NCBI GenBank assembly: GCA_010405405.1
Contig: MU004240.1
Location: forward strand, 1,332,882 to 1,373,458
Direction of reading: 5' to 3'
Length of the DNA stretch: 40,577 bases
Source of the DNA: Microthyrium microscopicum
Lineage: Eukaryota
Shown: one piece after another, positions 23,327 to 35,859 of the stretch
How positions within the stretch are numbered: position 1 is the first letter of the stretch
Layout of the letters: each line of letters begins with the position of its first letter
Made by a program: the position numbers and the translations under genes
Notes under the pieces: generated by a model
What the model was told of the DNA's origin: nothing
What the model saw: only the letters and a program-made list of their open reading frames with translations
Database searches by the model: none

Positions 23327-26300
23327 ATGGTCACTGTTGGACATGGATCTGGGGGAGACAAGCCAAAGGGCAGGACAAATGCAAATGGCACGCCTGCCCC
23401 AGGCATGGCGGGAAAAATGTTGGCTGAACGGCCGAGTAAAGATGGGACTGCTCAACGAGCTGCGCTGGAAGTTGCTGGTCTAAAAGAATATGTTCGTTAC
23501 TATGTCGACATGCGGGGCATCGTACGCTGCTAATACTGATTGTAGAAATTGGGCAATTGTCTTGGTCGTGGAGCATTTGGTTCGGTATACCAGGCTTTGC
23601 ATATGAATACTGGCCAGACTGTGGCTATCAAGCAGGTCAAGCATGAGAATCTTCCCAAGACCGAGCTCAAAGTCATCATGGTATGATTGAACAGCGCTGT
23701 GATTGTCGAGTGATCATTGCTAACCTTGGATCACCACAGCTCGAAATTGACCTCATGAAGAAGCTCAATGTACGTTTCTCTATCAACATATAAGTTGATG
23801 TATACTAACTGCTTTCAGCATCCCAATATCGTCAAATATCATGGCTTTGTCAAGTCAAATGACTCGTTATACATTATTTTGGAGTAAGAATACAATACCG
23901 AATTAGCTGTAATGAAGCTAACTGGGTCAGATATTGCGAAAACGGCTCTCTCCATACCATCTACAAGCAATACGGAAAGTTCCCCGAGAACTTGGTCGCC
24001 TTATATTTGACACAGGTATTACGTGGACTTCTATACCTTCACGAGCAGGGCGTGATTCATCGAGACATCAAAGGAGCCAACCTACTTCTCACCAAAGATG
24101 GCTTGGTTAAATTAGCAGACTTTGGTGTTGCTACAAAGTCCAATATCACCGAGGCTAGTGTTGTCGGAACTCCTTACTGGATGGCACCTGAGGTCATTGA
24201 GCTCTCTGGAGCTACAACGGCCTCCGATATTTGGAGTTTGGGGTGTACTGTGATAGAACTCCTTGATGGCAAGCCACCTTACCATAAATTGCAGCCAATG
24301 CAAGCGCTTTTCAAGATAGTAAACGATGATCACCCACCATTGCCCGAGGGCGCGTCTCCCGTAGGTTTCTTGTTTCACTATCGTCTACTTCGGCGCTAAT
24401 GAATTCAGGCTGTCCGAGATTTTCTTATGCAGTGCTTTCAAAAGGATCCTAATCTTAGAGTCTCTGCCAAAAAGCTCCTCAAACATCCCTGGTTAGCGAG
24501 CGGAAGAAAAGCAGACTCTATTGTTGCTGCCCAGCCGCCTCAGTATGACCAAGCTATTAAGAGTGTCCAGCAATGGAATGAAGCTCTCAAAACACCAGAT
24601 CATGATTCGATACGACGTTCACGGCCGACATCTTTGTCACCATTACCTACCAAGAAGGAGCATTCACTAGGACGGACCCCAAGACCTTTAACACTGACTA
24701 GCGTGAAACCAAGTACGGATGCTTTCCGCTCACCTGAGCTTGAAAATGATAACTGGGACGCCGACTTTGCCACGGCAATAAGCCCTAGAGCACTTCAACA
24801 ACTTCCTCAACTAAAACCACAGGACAATTTTGCGGGCTTATTCAGTGCAGAAAACTTGCGGCACTACGCGACTTTCGAGACTGTGGTGGAAGAGGCAAGA
24901 ACCCCAGGTAGATCTCACGAAGTAGATCCAATGGAGACTGTCAAGCCTTTCACACCCCAAAAGAAGAAGGCAGAACAGAAGACATCGGCACCAAACACGT
25001 CTTCATTCCGCCAACCCTCGCAACCTAGGAGTTCCCATCAGCGAAATGGCAGCAAATCGTCCGCTCCTGGCTCTAAGCCTCGTCCAGGCACAAAAGGCAG
25101 ACCTACCTTTGACTTCAGAGAGGATACTGTTGAGGATTATTCCGACTTGGTAGATGCAGGAACAGACGAGGATGCATTTCAGAAGAAACTGGATGCGCTT
25201 AAGATTCATGATTCCAAGTCTCTAACTCCCAAGCTATTTCATCTGTCCGATTTCCAGCATTCTCCCAAACCAACTTCACATCCACGGAAGAGCACCAGTC
25301 TTCGCCGATTTCCGAGCAGCGAAGAAAAGGCTGCACCGGGACTCCAGAGAACGAAGTCTTCGGTCGAAATCCAGAAATATGCCGAAGACGATGATGAAGA
25401 TCCAGAATCATTCTTTGAGAAGGGCATTGTTCTGCCAGTTCCAGCATCGGACAGCGGTTCTGATCGGGGGACCCTTCTTATGTCTAATTCTAAAGTATCT
25501 ACAACATCCGTGGACGAGGAAGACGAATATGATGATCCTTTTGCACAGTTCGAGGAAGAATTTGACCAGATGGATTTGGAGGCCAATGTTGCCAGAGATA
25601 GATATGCTCGGCAATGTACGATTGTGGAAGGACTCGTTTCTGGGTTGCAAGCAAGTCAACCTGACGATGTACTGTCTGACTTGACAGAACAGCTGGTAAG
25701 CTCGTCAAGATTCGTCTCAAGAGTATTACTAACCCAAGCAGATCCAATTTTTGGTTGAAACACCAGAACTCAAAAACGTCATCATTAGCTCCCATGGTCT
25801 ACTTCCAATCCTCGAGATTCTCGAGGTTTGCGATTGTCGAGAGGTAATTGTTCGACTTCTGAAGATAGTCAACTTGATCATCTCTACGAATATCGAAATG
25901 CTGGAAAATCTCTGCTTCGTCGGCGGCATACCCACGGTCTCCGAATTTGCCATGAAGCAATTTCCAACTGAGATTCGACATGAAGCAGCAGCTTTTATTA
26001 GACAGCTTTGTCAAACATCGACTCTGGCACTCCAAATGTTTGTTAGCTGTGGTGGATTGAATGTCCTTGTTAGCTTTCTTGAGGAGGATTTGGACTCTGA
26101 GCGAGATCTAGTACTCATAGGAGTCAACGGAATTTGCAGTGTTTTCGAACTGCAGGGACCAACTCCGAAGAACGATTTTTGTCGAATATTGACTCGAAGT
26201 CAAATTCTATACCAGCTCTCTCTTCTTTTGCGGAAATTGGTGAATGAAAGAGGATCACTGGCTGAAGAGATCAAAGGACGAATTCTCAATATTTTCTTGC

Positions 26301-27782
26301 CATTTTCGCAAGCGGAGAACTACGTCAAGGAGATCGTGGCAGACCGTATGGTCCTTAGTTGTAAGTTCATATGGAAGCGTTTTTGATGTAAGCTAACGCG
26401 TCACAGACATCCTGAAGGATCTAAAGAAGCTATCCCAAGTTCATCAGATCACCCTCCTCAAATTTCTAAAGAATCTGTCTATGCTTGCGACGACCCACGA
26501 TGCTCTACAAAATTCAAATGCCATCGAGGTACTTACAGATCTACTAAGCGAAAGCATCGAAAATCCTGAATCCAGAGAAATACCAAATCACGTCTTACAT
26601 ACGCTCTTTAATCTTTGCCGTCTCAGCAAGACTAGACAGCAAGATGCCGCAATTCACGGACTTATACCAATTTTACAAAAGATTGTTCGCACTGAACGAC
26701 CACTCAAGGAACTCGCTCTACCAATACTTTGCGACATGGCACATTCCGGCAACGTTGGACGACGAGCTCTATGGAACCACAAAGGTCTCCAATTCTACAT
26801 AACACTACTAAACGATAAATACTGGCAAGTCACCGCACTAGACGCAATATTCGTCTGGCTTCAAGAAGAAACCGCACGAGTCGAAGCATTTCTCCTCGAT
26901 GGCTCGTTCAGTAAATCAATAGTTGAATGCTTCAACAACGTCGAAGCCTCCCCCGACGCTTTTGAGAACTTCCTTGAACCTCTCCAAAAACTCCTTATCC
27001 TCAGTCCAGCCGTTGCTTCCACACTCGCCCATCCAGATCTCTTCACCCGCACCGCCCAGAAATTGAGCACAAAGAAGGCTCTCGTTCGAGGCAATCTCCT
27101 GCGTATCATCCGCAGCATCTGCGACGCGTCCGAAGACCAAGGTGGCGCCCGCCTCCTTCGCTCTTTTGGCCTCTATGATGTTGTCGAACGCGTGGCGGAC
27201 TTTGACCAGGCTGTCATGGTCCGCGGCCTCGCCACCGAACTCATACGCTGCTGCGACGAATCCTCCACTCGCGCTTCATACGAACGCGCACGACCTGGCA
27301 CTCGTCGCTCTAGCTCCTCAACTAGTCTTTCAACACCTTCGCCCGTCCTCATGGCGGCAGCAGCGGGGTTTTCAGGCACACCTCAACTTCTTCGCACAGC
27401 AGCTGGGAAGGCACTCTTTGACGCAAACCTCCCCGGCCCAAAACTAGATCCGCCGCGCTCCTCACGACTCTCATCAGCCGCGGTACTAACCCCTTCATCA
27501 TTCCGACCAACGAGCCGTGATGGCAGTGCGGCAAATGGCAGCGGTAGTGCGAAAAGTCGCTTGCCGCGCACAAGCCAAGGAGCCGCGAAATTCTCACGTC
27601 TAAACCTCGCAAGCCATCGACGCGAAGAAAACCTTACACCCACGCATAGTCCAGCACCGTCGATAAGTCCGGCGGCCGCGGCGCGCGCACAGCCAGCTCG
27701 ACTGCCACCTACGCGGAAACGACGGGTTACGAGTTCTGGATCTGGTAGTATGAATGAACTACCAGGTCGAAATGGCCGATAG
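23327..27782 (+). CDS. sepH: Septation initiation/mitotic exit network kinase SepH (Cdc15/Cdc7 family), ~1368 aa, 8 exons: 23327-23491, 23546-23680, 23740-23769, 23819-23883, 23931-24360, 24409-25695, 25742-26360, 26407-27782
   Basis: Kinase motifs [58 protein letters not shown] and [21 protein letters not shown]. These are followed by an acidic linker ([16 protein letters not shown]) and an ARM-like region ([38 protein letters not shown]). All seven introns are GT-AG and the exon total is divisible by 3. Confidence 0.93.
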
Positions 27783-28806
27783 GTTAGACTAGGTGCTCGT
27801 TGGTATCCACCAAGGTCAAAAACATAACGCGACTACTTTGTCTGTACATAATACGTTTTGTCCCTCCCTGTCTCTTCATCCGGACCCTCTTAGGGTCAAA
27901 CTCTCGCTTTCTTTTGTACGCCACAGGTTCTTCTTTTTGGTATAGCAAAAAAGTGTGTTATTGCACAGGTGCATGGGCTTTTGATTCTTATTATTATTGT
28001 TATGCATTTTGGCGCATGGCATGGCGTATGATGGGATTAGATCATGATTAGCGTGCTTTGAAGCGGGATTGAATATTATCTTTTCTATATTGGACTTTGA
28101 TTTCTCGGTGGTTTTTTTGAGTGTGTTGTTGCATTGAAATCATGAGAGAGGTTTACTTAAGCAAATTTTCACGATGTGTGACTCTATATTGGACTTTATA
28201 TAAAAACGTCTGGCCATGGTGAAAGTGATTGATCGCTGCTAGCCGTAAAACGCTGCCAAAACACAAAAAGAAGTTCGACATGACTCAGCCTTGCTCTCAG
28301 CCTTATACCCAACCGCAATCAACCACCACCACAACATCAACCACGCAAATACATCCATTAAACACCATAAAAACCTGTCAAAAAATACCAAAAAGCTAAC
28401 CACACACCATTACGTGTCTGTGGCTACGAAAACTAGTTTCCTAATTTTGCATTTATGTTAGCTGTCGCTCAGATTCGAACACGGTTCTAGGATTCGGTAT
28501 GCTCAAGAATCTTTGGTGAGGAGGTCTCAAAGTTACGTATCCGGCTAGCATATATCACTTATTAGGCGAGGAATTATGCTACACTTTCATTTACGACCCA
28601 AACGCTACATAGTAGTAAATTTACGACGCGACGTACATATAGTAGATGTCTGCTGGCTTTTTAAATATTACTTTTGCTTGATTTTTGACATGACTTTGAT
28701 TATGATTGGATATTAAAAGTAATCTGTTGATGTCTTCTTTATTGATGTATTATATTAAAAGTTACCTTGATATTTAGTAGCACAATTAAGGGAATAACGC
28801 TTCACC

Positions 28807-31327
28807 TCAGGACAACATAAAGCTGTTGCTGATACCTTCGAAAGGTGTGATACTTCCAGATACAAATGCCTTTGCATCCCCATAGTAGTGAAGTCGGTAA
28901 GTTCCAGCCTCAGCATCCTGTTCAGTCTCCCAGCTCAGAACAACATGAGATGATCCAAGCACTGGATCATCGCGCGTCCACGTCATTGATAAGAACCAAT
29001 CCCAATCATTTCGAACTTGCACCCAATTTCCATTTTGTAGCTGTTCGACAGCAGTAAAGGTGCCCTCAAGTCTAAGGTTGTTTCTTGGATTAGCGCCCAC
29101 GAACGTGGCATTCACAACAGCCCCTCGAGAGTATCTAGGATTAGGCTGCGTCAGAACTTGACCGAATGATTTGGAAATTGGCGGATTGTCCATGACCACT
29201 CCAGTGTTAAGATTTAGACTATTCTTGCGATTATCAGGAGGGAGTGTTCCCTGTGGTGGTCCTTGTGTTGAGCTGGCGGCCAGGTATTTCAGATTGCTGA
29301 CAGTAAGATTTATGTAGGCAGGTAACTCCCATGGTCCGTATAGTGTTGATGCGCCTTCATAGCGTTGAATGCCATATTCTTCCGGAGTGGTCAGATAATG
29401 GGCATATGTATTAGCAGGTGAACCAATGACAACCATCGGCTCTTGGGTTGTGATTCCTTGGGATTTGGCTGCTGCTGCTATAGCGCTTTTCCATCGACGG
29501 CCTGACATGGTCGTGACTTCGCTTGGAGAGATGATCATAAACATCTGACCGACCCGAAACATCTGGATGTCGACTAGGTTCGGACTCCAAGCATATGGGA
29601 TGTCCATCTCACCGACGTCGAGAAGAATGGGCTTTGGCTTTTGACATTCAACTTGTTCTGGTGACGGAGATCTGATCAGATGGCTCACTAACGGCCAGAG
29701 TGGGTTTGCGTTAGGTTTGTTGGGATCATTCTGGGTAAAGTCGAATGGCCCTGGTCCATCTGTTGTTCCTGCAGCGAATGAGTAGCCTAGATCGTCAGTA
29801 TACAGCTGTAATAAAGTCTTATTGTACTCACCTAATGATGCAGGACAAGTTTGAACAGCTGTACCATTCGGTAGTTGAAAATTGAAGTATTGCATATCTT
29901 GGAAGAAGTGGAAAGCCTTCACCCCATTACTGGAGACTGGTGTCGCAATGCTATCGAACGAATCCTAAAGAGTTAGCAAGTCGACCTACTCCAACGACTT
30001 TAACGTACATATAGACTCCGTGCTGGCTGAAACTGTCTTTTGCCGATTTCATAACACGAACTGACCCCCAAATCCACCTTGTCGAAGAAGGGTCCTCGTC
30101 CATGGCAAGTAGCAGCCGTACCACTACAAGTAGAATTCTCCAGCGTACACATTTGGCCGCTGCCATCATCGCAATAGGCTCCAAGGACGTTTGGCGTGGT
30201 GTCGCCGACAGATGCCTGTGAGAAAGCAGCAACGAAGCCGTCCGCTGCCGACGTATCGTCAACCATGGATTTCTCGAATAGATATTGAGCAACACCTTTG
30301 TTATCTCCTGACACATGAGTGTTGTTCTCGAGCATACTCGTTCCATGAACTGGGAACCAAGTCATGCCTCCCATGTTCTTGCCGTCTGAAGCTCGCTGAA
30401 AGCGCATCATGGTCATCAGCTTCTCAACGTCGTCTTCGTATTGTGCTCTTTCTTCTGCTGGGTTTGCCAGATAAGCATATAAGCTCCGGTTGATACTGGC
30501 GTTTGTGACATTCGTTGTTGCTATAGAAAGGTAGCCAGGTGTCAAGGCCTCGTGGGCGCGCTTGACAGCGAGGACTGATCCATCGACAATCGCTTGATAG
30601 CTTTGAGGATCGAATCCGAGACTTGTAACTTGAGGAAGCAAATAGTTCATGTATGCTCCAGGTCCACTATGTTGATGTGTTCCAACGACAGCGACATTTT
30701 GCTGTCCATAAGCAGTGTAGTTGGAGCCTAATGCCGCAATTCCTTCCAATATACCGTTTCGAATTGCTGTGTCTCCACAAGACGTATCAATATTCAGATA
30801 TATGAAGCGGTCGGTCGGCTTAGCGACGTCGCCAACGATGAAAGCTCGTGCAAAGATCCGCTGCCGTAGTCTAAAGGTCTTGTCAGTCTCATATCCGGTG
30901 ATCCTTACACTAGACACTCTGACATGCTCTAGCAAACTGTTTATTAATCTTACCCAGTTCCAACTTGAGCCGCGCTGGCATATCTGAAGGTTGTCAGTGC
31001 CATTTTTCTTTGCGTCATTGATAAGTACTTGCCCCATAAAGTTGATCTCTACTACAGGCCTGGATTATGTCAGTATTCAAAACTACAACAGCAGACAAAT
31101 GGCTCTCACCCAGTGATATCGGCTTTGCCCACGCCCAGGAGATATTGATCCCCTTGAGCGGCCCTCTCTGCCTTGTCAGACAAACGCTGCTTTGTTTGAA
31201 ACCTGCTTGGTCGTATGTTTTCTCTTGGAAGCTCTGTGTTAACAAGCAGCGCGAAGAGGAAGAGAAGAATCGAAGCTAGAGCCAGGAGCATAGTCCATCG
31301 AGCTCTGATACTGCCAAATTCAGCCAT
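28807..31327 (-). CDS. Neutral/alkaline non-lysosomal ceramidase, ~764 aa, exons 31327-31110, 31059-31033, 30983-30954, 30870-30009, 29964-28807
   Basis: N-terminal signal-anchor LLALASILLFLFALLV. Spliced YLLGVGKADITG|PVVEINFMG|YASAAQVGTG|LRQRIFARAFIVG, then metal-binding GTHQHSGPG, WFPVHGTSM, SGDNKG, GDTTPN, FAAGTTDGPG, EVTTMSGRRW, QRYEGASTLYGP and C-terminal GTYRLHYYGD. Confidence 0.93.
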
Positions 31328-32922
31328 TCTGGTTGCACACAAACTTTTACCGCAAAGTCTAAGATCGTGCCAACACCGCCGCTCTTTCAAGCTTCAGTGC
31401 CTTAACAGAAAATGAAAAGTAGAAGTAAGTCGTAGTTGTGATTTTTGTAACGTGCCTTCCAGAGTGAAGAATCTCTTACGGTTGAAGTTATAACGCGCCA
31501 AGAAAGACATTCTTTGTATTGGCATCCGCGATCAACATCATAATTACATCTAATTTCTCTACTTCTAGGTTTGAGCCACAGAAGCTTCAGTATGGTGTAC
31601 AAGCTTTGTTCAAAGATCTCGACGCGTGAGGGGTGTATGGCTACACCACTCGCGCACGATTCGGCTCGCACCGCGTGCTAGAACTAATACAACGACTTCG
31701 TCTGGGGTTTGACGTCAAAATCGCCATCGTGACAGCTGGACCTGGCATGATTCTGTCTCATAAGAAGTTGCATAGGAAGGACCATTGGATGTGATTGGAC
31801 AGGTGTTGAATGAAGGTCATCACGAGAAAGGCAGGTGGTTGCATACCATTTTGGGAACCCCTGACTTCTGTGGCGCCTGGCGCAGTGCCTACGCCACATT
31901 TGACCTTGGAAGACGGCAGGTCGGGACGGGATCTTGATGTTGTTTACTCTTACCGTCTTCTTCACGATAGAAAAACAGACCGACACACAAGACAAGATAC
32001 AACCAGCAGGCGGCTACTAAACAACTTTGGGTGGACTCGATTTACACGAAGGTAACATCACAAGTGCTCTTGGGATGTCATAACTCGCGTTGTCAATAAC
32101 CCCTTCCTTACGAGATATCGCCGAACATCATCGTGTCAGATTCGCAACGACTGAACAGCTCTTCATCACCGTCTAAACAAGGCGCCTGCTACATCAAAGT
32201 AGTTGCAAAAGACGAACTTAGCTCGAATGAGACGGCGGTGTAAAAGTGTCCCCTCTTCTCGGCGCCAATATCTGAACTTGGCATGCACAGTTGGGCCTAT
32301 TTTACAAGTTCTGGAACGATATCGTACTGGAGCCTGAAAGTGCTATACCAATCGGAGCATTACTTCGATGCGATCGGTATGATTATAACACCATTGGTCC
32401 TCCCATAAGTCGACGAGAGTGGCCCTGAGGCATTACCAACTCAGCTGCCAAGCAGCACAAGATACAATGATGCGTGACGATACTCTAAACACTTGTGGTG
32501 GACTGCTATGCGCTTACTTGGGTTAATAAATGAGATAACTTAAGCTCAGCTCGTAATTTTGCCAATACTTGTGTGGACTGATCACTGCTTGCTTGGAACA
32601 TTAGTGGACTACACTATCTTCAGCTCGCGCTCCTGAGCGGGAACGTCAGCCATCGAGATGTAGCTTTGGAAAAGCCAAGTTATGAATACGAGTCCGTTTG
32701 AGGCCAGAGGCCAGGTTCAGCTAGTCCCGGTGAGAGGTAGGCAACTAATTGCTCACATGGAGAATTACTACATAATAAGGCTGAGTATCAAACTCCGTAT
32801 TGATCCTTCAATGGATTTTCAAGAGCACTGAACGTAAAGTGTCCTCGCTGGTTCAACAGTACTAGTAACCTCACTTCAATCCTACTTGCTTTTATTGTAT
32901 CAATCCATACTGCTTTCGCAAC

Positions 32923-34716
32923 ATGGATGCCATTCAAAAACCAATCCCAGAGCCGGAGTTTAATGACGATTTGACAGACATCCAGCTGAAGGCTTTACGT
33001 GCTATCAGTCCTGTGCTTCCAGATATCGTGGAGACCCGCTCTAAATCAGATAACACGCCATTCAATTCCAACTATATTCTGTACTGGAACTTCGCTGGAC
33101 TGGAACTCAATAGATTGACCCATTCACTTCACAATAAGGATAAAACACCAGCACCACAATCGGGACCTCCCATCTCAGCGAGGACTCTCGGAATTCTCCA
33201 GCTTGCAATTCACGATGCTTACTTCGCGATTCATGCTCCGACTGGGTTTGGTCTGTTTCTGACTCCTGATCCAAATGTTCCAGACCTCCCGCCATTGCCG
33301 GACAAGTCTGGAGCCAATGATTCACGGCAAGCAGTTGCTGGCGCGGCAAAGACTGTCCTTGACCTCCATTACGCCCAATCAAACCCGAATCTCGATCCAG
33401 ACCTGACTAGAATATTCAAGCGCAAGATCAATGATCTACTTCATGGATTCGGAGGTGTCAATATCAGCTCTGCGAGTTACAAGTTCGGGGAGGCTGTTGG
33501 CAAAGCTATCTTTCAATATCTCTACCATCCTAACGGTGCTGCTACAGGTTCTTACGAACCTAAGCATGGGCAGAAGTACTACTACGACGAGGATCCTACC
33601 AACCCCGGCCAAAAGCATCACGGCCCTTTCTATGGGACGGAAGCCAAGCGATTTGCTACGCAGAATGATCATTTGATAGCTGATCCACCCGGCATTCCTA
33701 ATCTTAGCGCCGCGTCACAGACTGCTGAGTACGACGATGCTCTCAAAGATGTTCACCGTATGGGCGGCAAAAAGACTCTCAGCACTTGTAAACGTGCATT
33801 TGACCAGGACGTCGGCTCCATCTACTGGACCTATGATGGAGCAAATCTCATTGGCACTCCGCCGCGTCTGTATAATCAGATCATTCGCAGGATTGCTGTC
33901 GGTCGCGCTGAGGGCGAGCTCACTAGCGAAGCCAACAACGCTACCTTTGCACGTCTACTCGCACTTACCAATGTCGCCATGGCTGATGCTGGTATCTTTG
34001 CTTGGAAAGAAAAGTACAAGTTCGAGGTATGGCGCCCAATTTCCGGTGTTCGCAATGACGGTCGAAAGGCATTTGCCGATCCTTTCTGGCTCTCGCAAGG
34101 AGCACCAGCTACAAACTCCTTCGGTCGCTCCTTCAAGCCGCCATTCCCAGCCTACCCATCCGGCCACGCGACTTTCGGAGCAGCATGTTTCCAAATCGTC
34201 CGTCTGTTCTATGACGGGGGTGTTTCGCCTGGTGAGACTCCTTGGAAGTCCAACGAGCCTGATCAAATCAGTTTCGAGCTCGTCTCTGACGAGATGAATG
34301 GAAAGAGCCGTGACCTGTACCAGGAGTACATTCCGTCCAAGAGAATTGAAGAGCAAAGCGGTGACGTACGTACTCATGTGTCCCGCAAATTCGGCAGTCT
34401 ATGGGAAGCCATTTGGGAGAATGCACTGAGTCGCGTCTGGCTCGGTGTTCATTGGCGTTTTGATGCATGCGGTGCCAGTGATGTTTTGATCCCATCTGCT
34501 GAAGAGGGCGTGTATGCTACCGACAGCGCGGGATCAACCATCTACCAGAATATTGAAGATGTTCGATTTGAAGCGACGGGGGCCCGCAGTGAGCCTGAGT
34601 ATCAAGGTAGGAAATTTCCCGTTGGTGGTATTGGTTTGGGTTTAGAGATTGCAAACGAGTTATGGGCAACTCAACTTAAGGCTACGCCTGCAACTATGCA
34701 GCCAAAGACCATGTAG
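32923..34716 (+). CDS. Vanadium-dependent chloroperoxidase (fungal vCPO type), 597 aa, intronless
   Basis: Vanadate-binding motifs [12 protein letters not shown] (Lys, Arg), [15 protein letters not shown] (Ser-Gly-His) and [16 protein letters not shown] (Arg, His). Also [48 protein letters not shown] and DPFWL..GAPATN. These are colinear with Curvularia inaequalis vCPO as I recall it. Confidence 0.95.
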   Translation: MDAIQKPIPEPEFNDDLTDIQLKALRAISPVLPDIVETRSKSDNTPFNSNYILYWNFAGLELNRLTHSLHNKDKTPAPQSGPPISARTLGILQLAIHDAYFAIHAPTGFGLFLTPDPNVPDLPPLPDKSGANDSRQAVAGAAKTVLDLHYAQSNPNLDPDLTRIFKRKINDLLHGFGGVNISSASYKFGEAVGKAIFQYLYHPNGAATGSYEPKHGQKYYYDEDPTNPGQKHHGPFYGTEAKRFATQNDHLIADPPGIPNLSAASQTAEYDDALKDVHRMGGKKTLSTCKRAFDQDVGSIYWTYDGANLIGTPPRLYNQIIRRIAVGRAEGELTSEANNATFARLLALTNVAMADAGIFAWKEKYKFEVWRPISGVRNDGRKAFADPFWLSQGAPATNSFGRSFKPPFPAYPSGHATFGAACFQIVRLFYDGGVSPGETPWKSNEPDQISFELVSDEMNGKSRDLYQEYIPSKRIEEQSGDVRTHVSRKFGSLWEAIWENALSRVWLGVHWRFDACGASDVLIPSAEEGVYATDSAGSTIYQNIEDVRFEATGARSEPEYQGRKFPVGGIGLGLEIANELWATQLKATPATMQPKTM

Positions 34717-35859
34717 AGTCAGAGTGCAGCTAAGATCAACATCTTAGCATGAGAGAAGATTGAGTTGTTATGTAGCCTAAGCGACTAAAAGGAGTTGGAG
34801 AGTGAGTAGCAATTATGCTAGGGCATAGGTTAGGTAACCCATTAGGGTTGACTTAATATATATAGGTTCTTAGCGTTGGGTTAGGTTTTAAAAATATTTT
34901 ATAAAACCTATACCTAACCTAAGTAAGATAAAATTATTATAGGTTAAACCTAAGGAACCTAAAGGACCTAAATTAAGGACCTATTAGGTAAGGTTTATTT
35001 AGTACGTAATCTATTTAGATTATAAAGAAAGGGTTACTATACCTAATATAATTAGTAAAAGCTAAGTAGGTAGAGATAATTTAGTATATAAATTAGGAAG
35101 TTAGAAAAGTATTAATTAAAATATTTAATATAGTATATAAATTAAACTATATATTAACTAGCTACTACTACTAAAACCTTAATAACTAGTTTAAACTTTT
35201 TTCTTCTTACTAGCCTTACTAAAGACTATACCTATTAATAGTTACTTTTACTTATTTTCTAATTTCTACTAAAAGATAGACTTAAATATTAATTTATAAA
35301 CTCTTCTATTAGTAACTACTATAAATAGAAGCCTACTAATATCTTTTAGTAATTATCTATAAAAAGAGTCTTAAGTATTACTATTCTTTACCTTATTACT
35401 ATTTTTACTATTATTTAAATCTATACTATAAAATTTAAAAGAGGTCTTTAAGCTTATAGATTTATTAATATTAGTACTTTTAAGGTTTTCTTTCCCTTTA
35501 GTAAATCTAAAACTAGTATTATTTTTATTATTAAAACTATCTTTATTAGCCTTATCTATATTCTTATCTAAAATATTATTATTCTTACCTAAATTATCTA
35601 AATTATTTTCTTTATTAAAAATAATAGGTAACCTATCTAAATCTTTATAATAAGTTATATAATTAAATATCTAATAGTATATAGTATTAAGATTACTAAA
35701 ATAAATATAATTAAGTAGGGTATTTATAGGTTATTTTATAATTATATTAATATATTTTTTATACGTACTAACCTTTACTTTAATCTTATTAGAACTACCT
35801 TAATAGTCTAAAATATTAATTATTAATTTAGTAAATTTATTATTATTATATTAGTAGAG

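Noticed and set aside
28455..28560. tRNA-like B-box (GTTCGAATC on the minus strand near 28472-28480)
   Set aside because: The flanks do not form a T-stem and no cloverleaf could be built.
14459..34495. Numerous antisense and alternate-frame ORFs overlapping the lipase, CCP1, SDR, sepH, ceramidase and vCPO genes
   Set aside because: These are shadow ORFs expected from codon bias of the real genes, with no independent support.
19536..34716. Secondary-metabolite (halogenated product) gene cluster built from TF, SDR and vCPO
   Set aside because: No PKS, NRPS, terpene synthase or transporter is present, and the conserved sepH gene lies between them.
34819..34990. TTAGGG/TTAGGT-like words as a telomere repeat tract
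   Set aside because: Only isolated, non-tandem copies in mixed orientation. They are better explained as transposon subterminal repeats.
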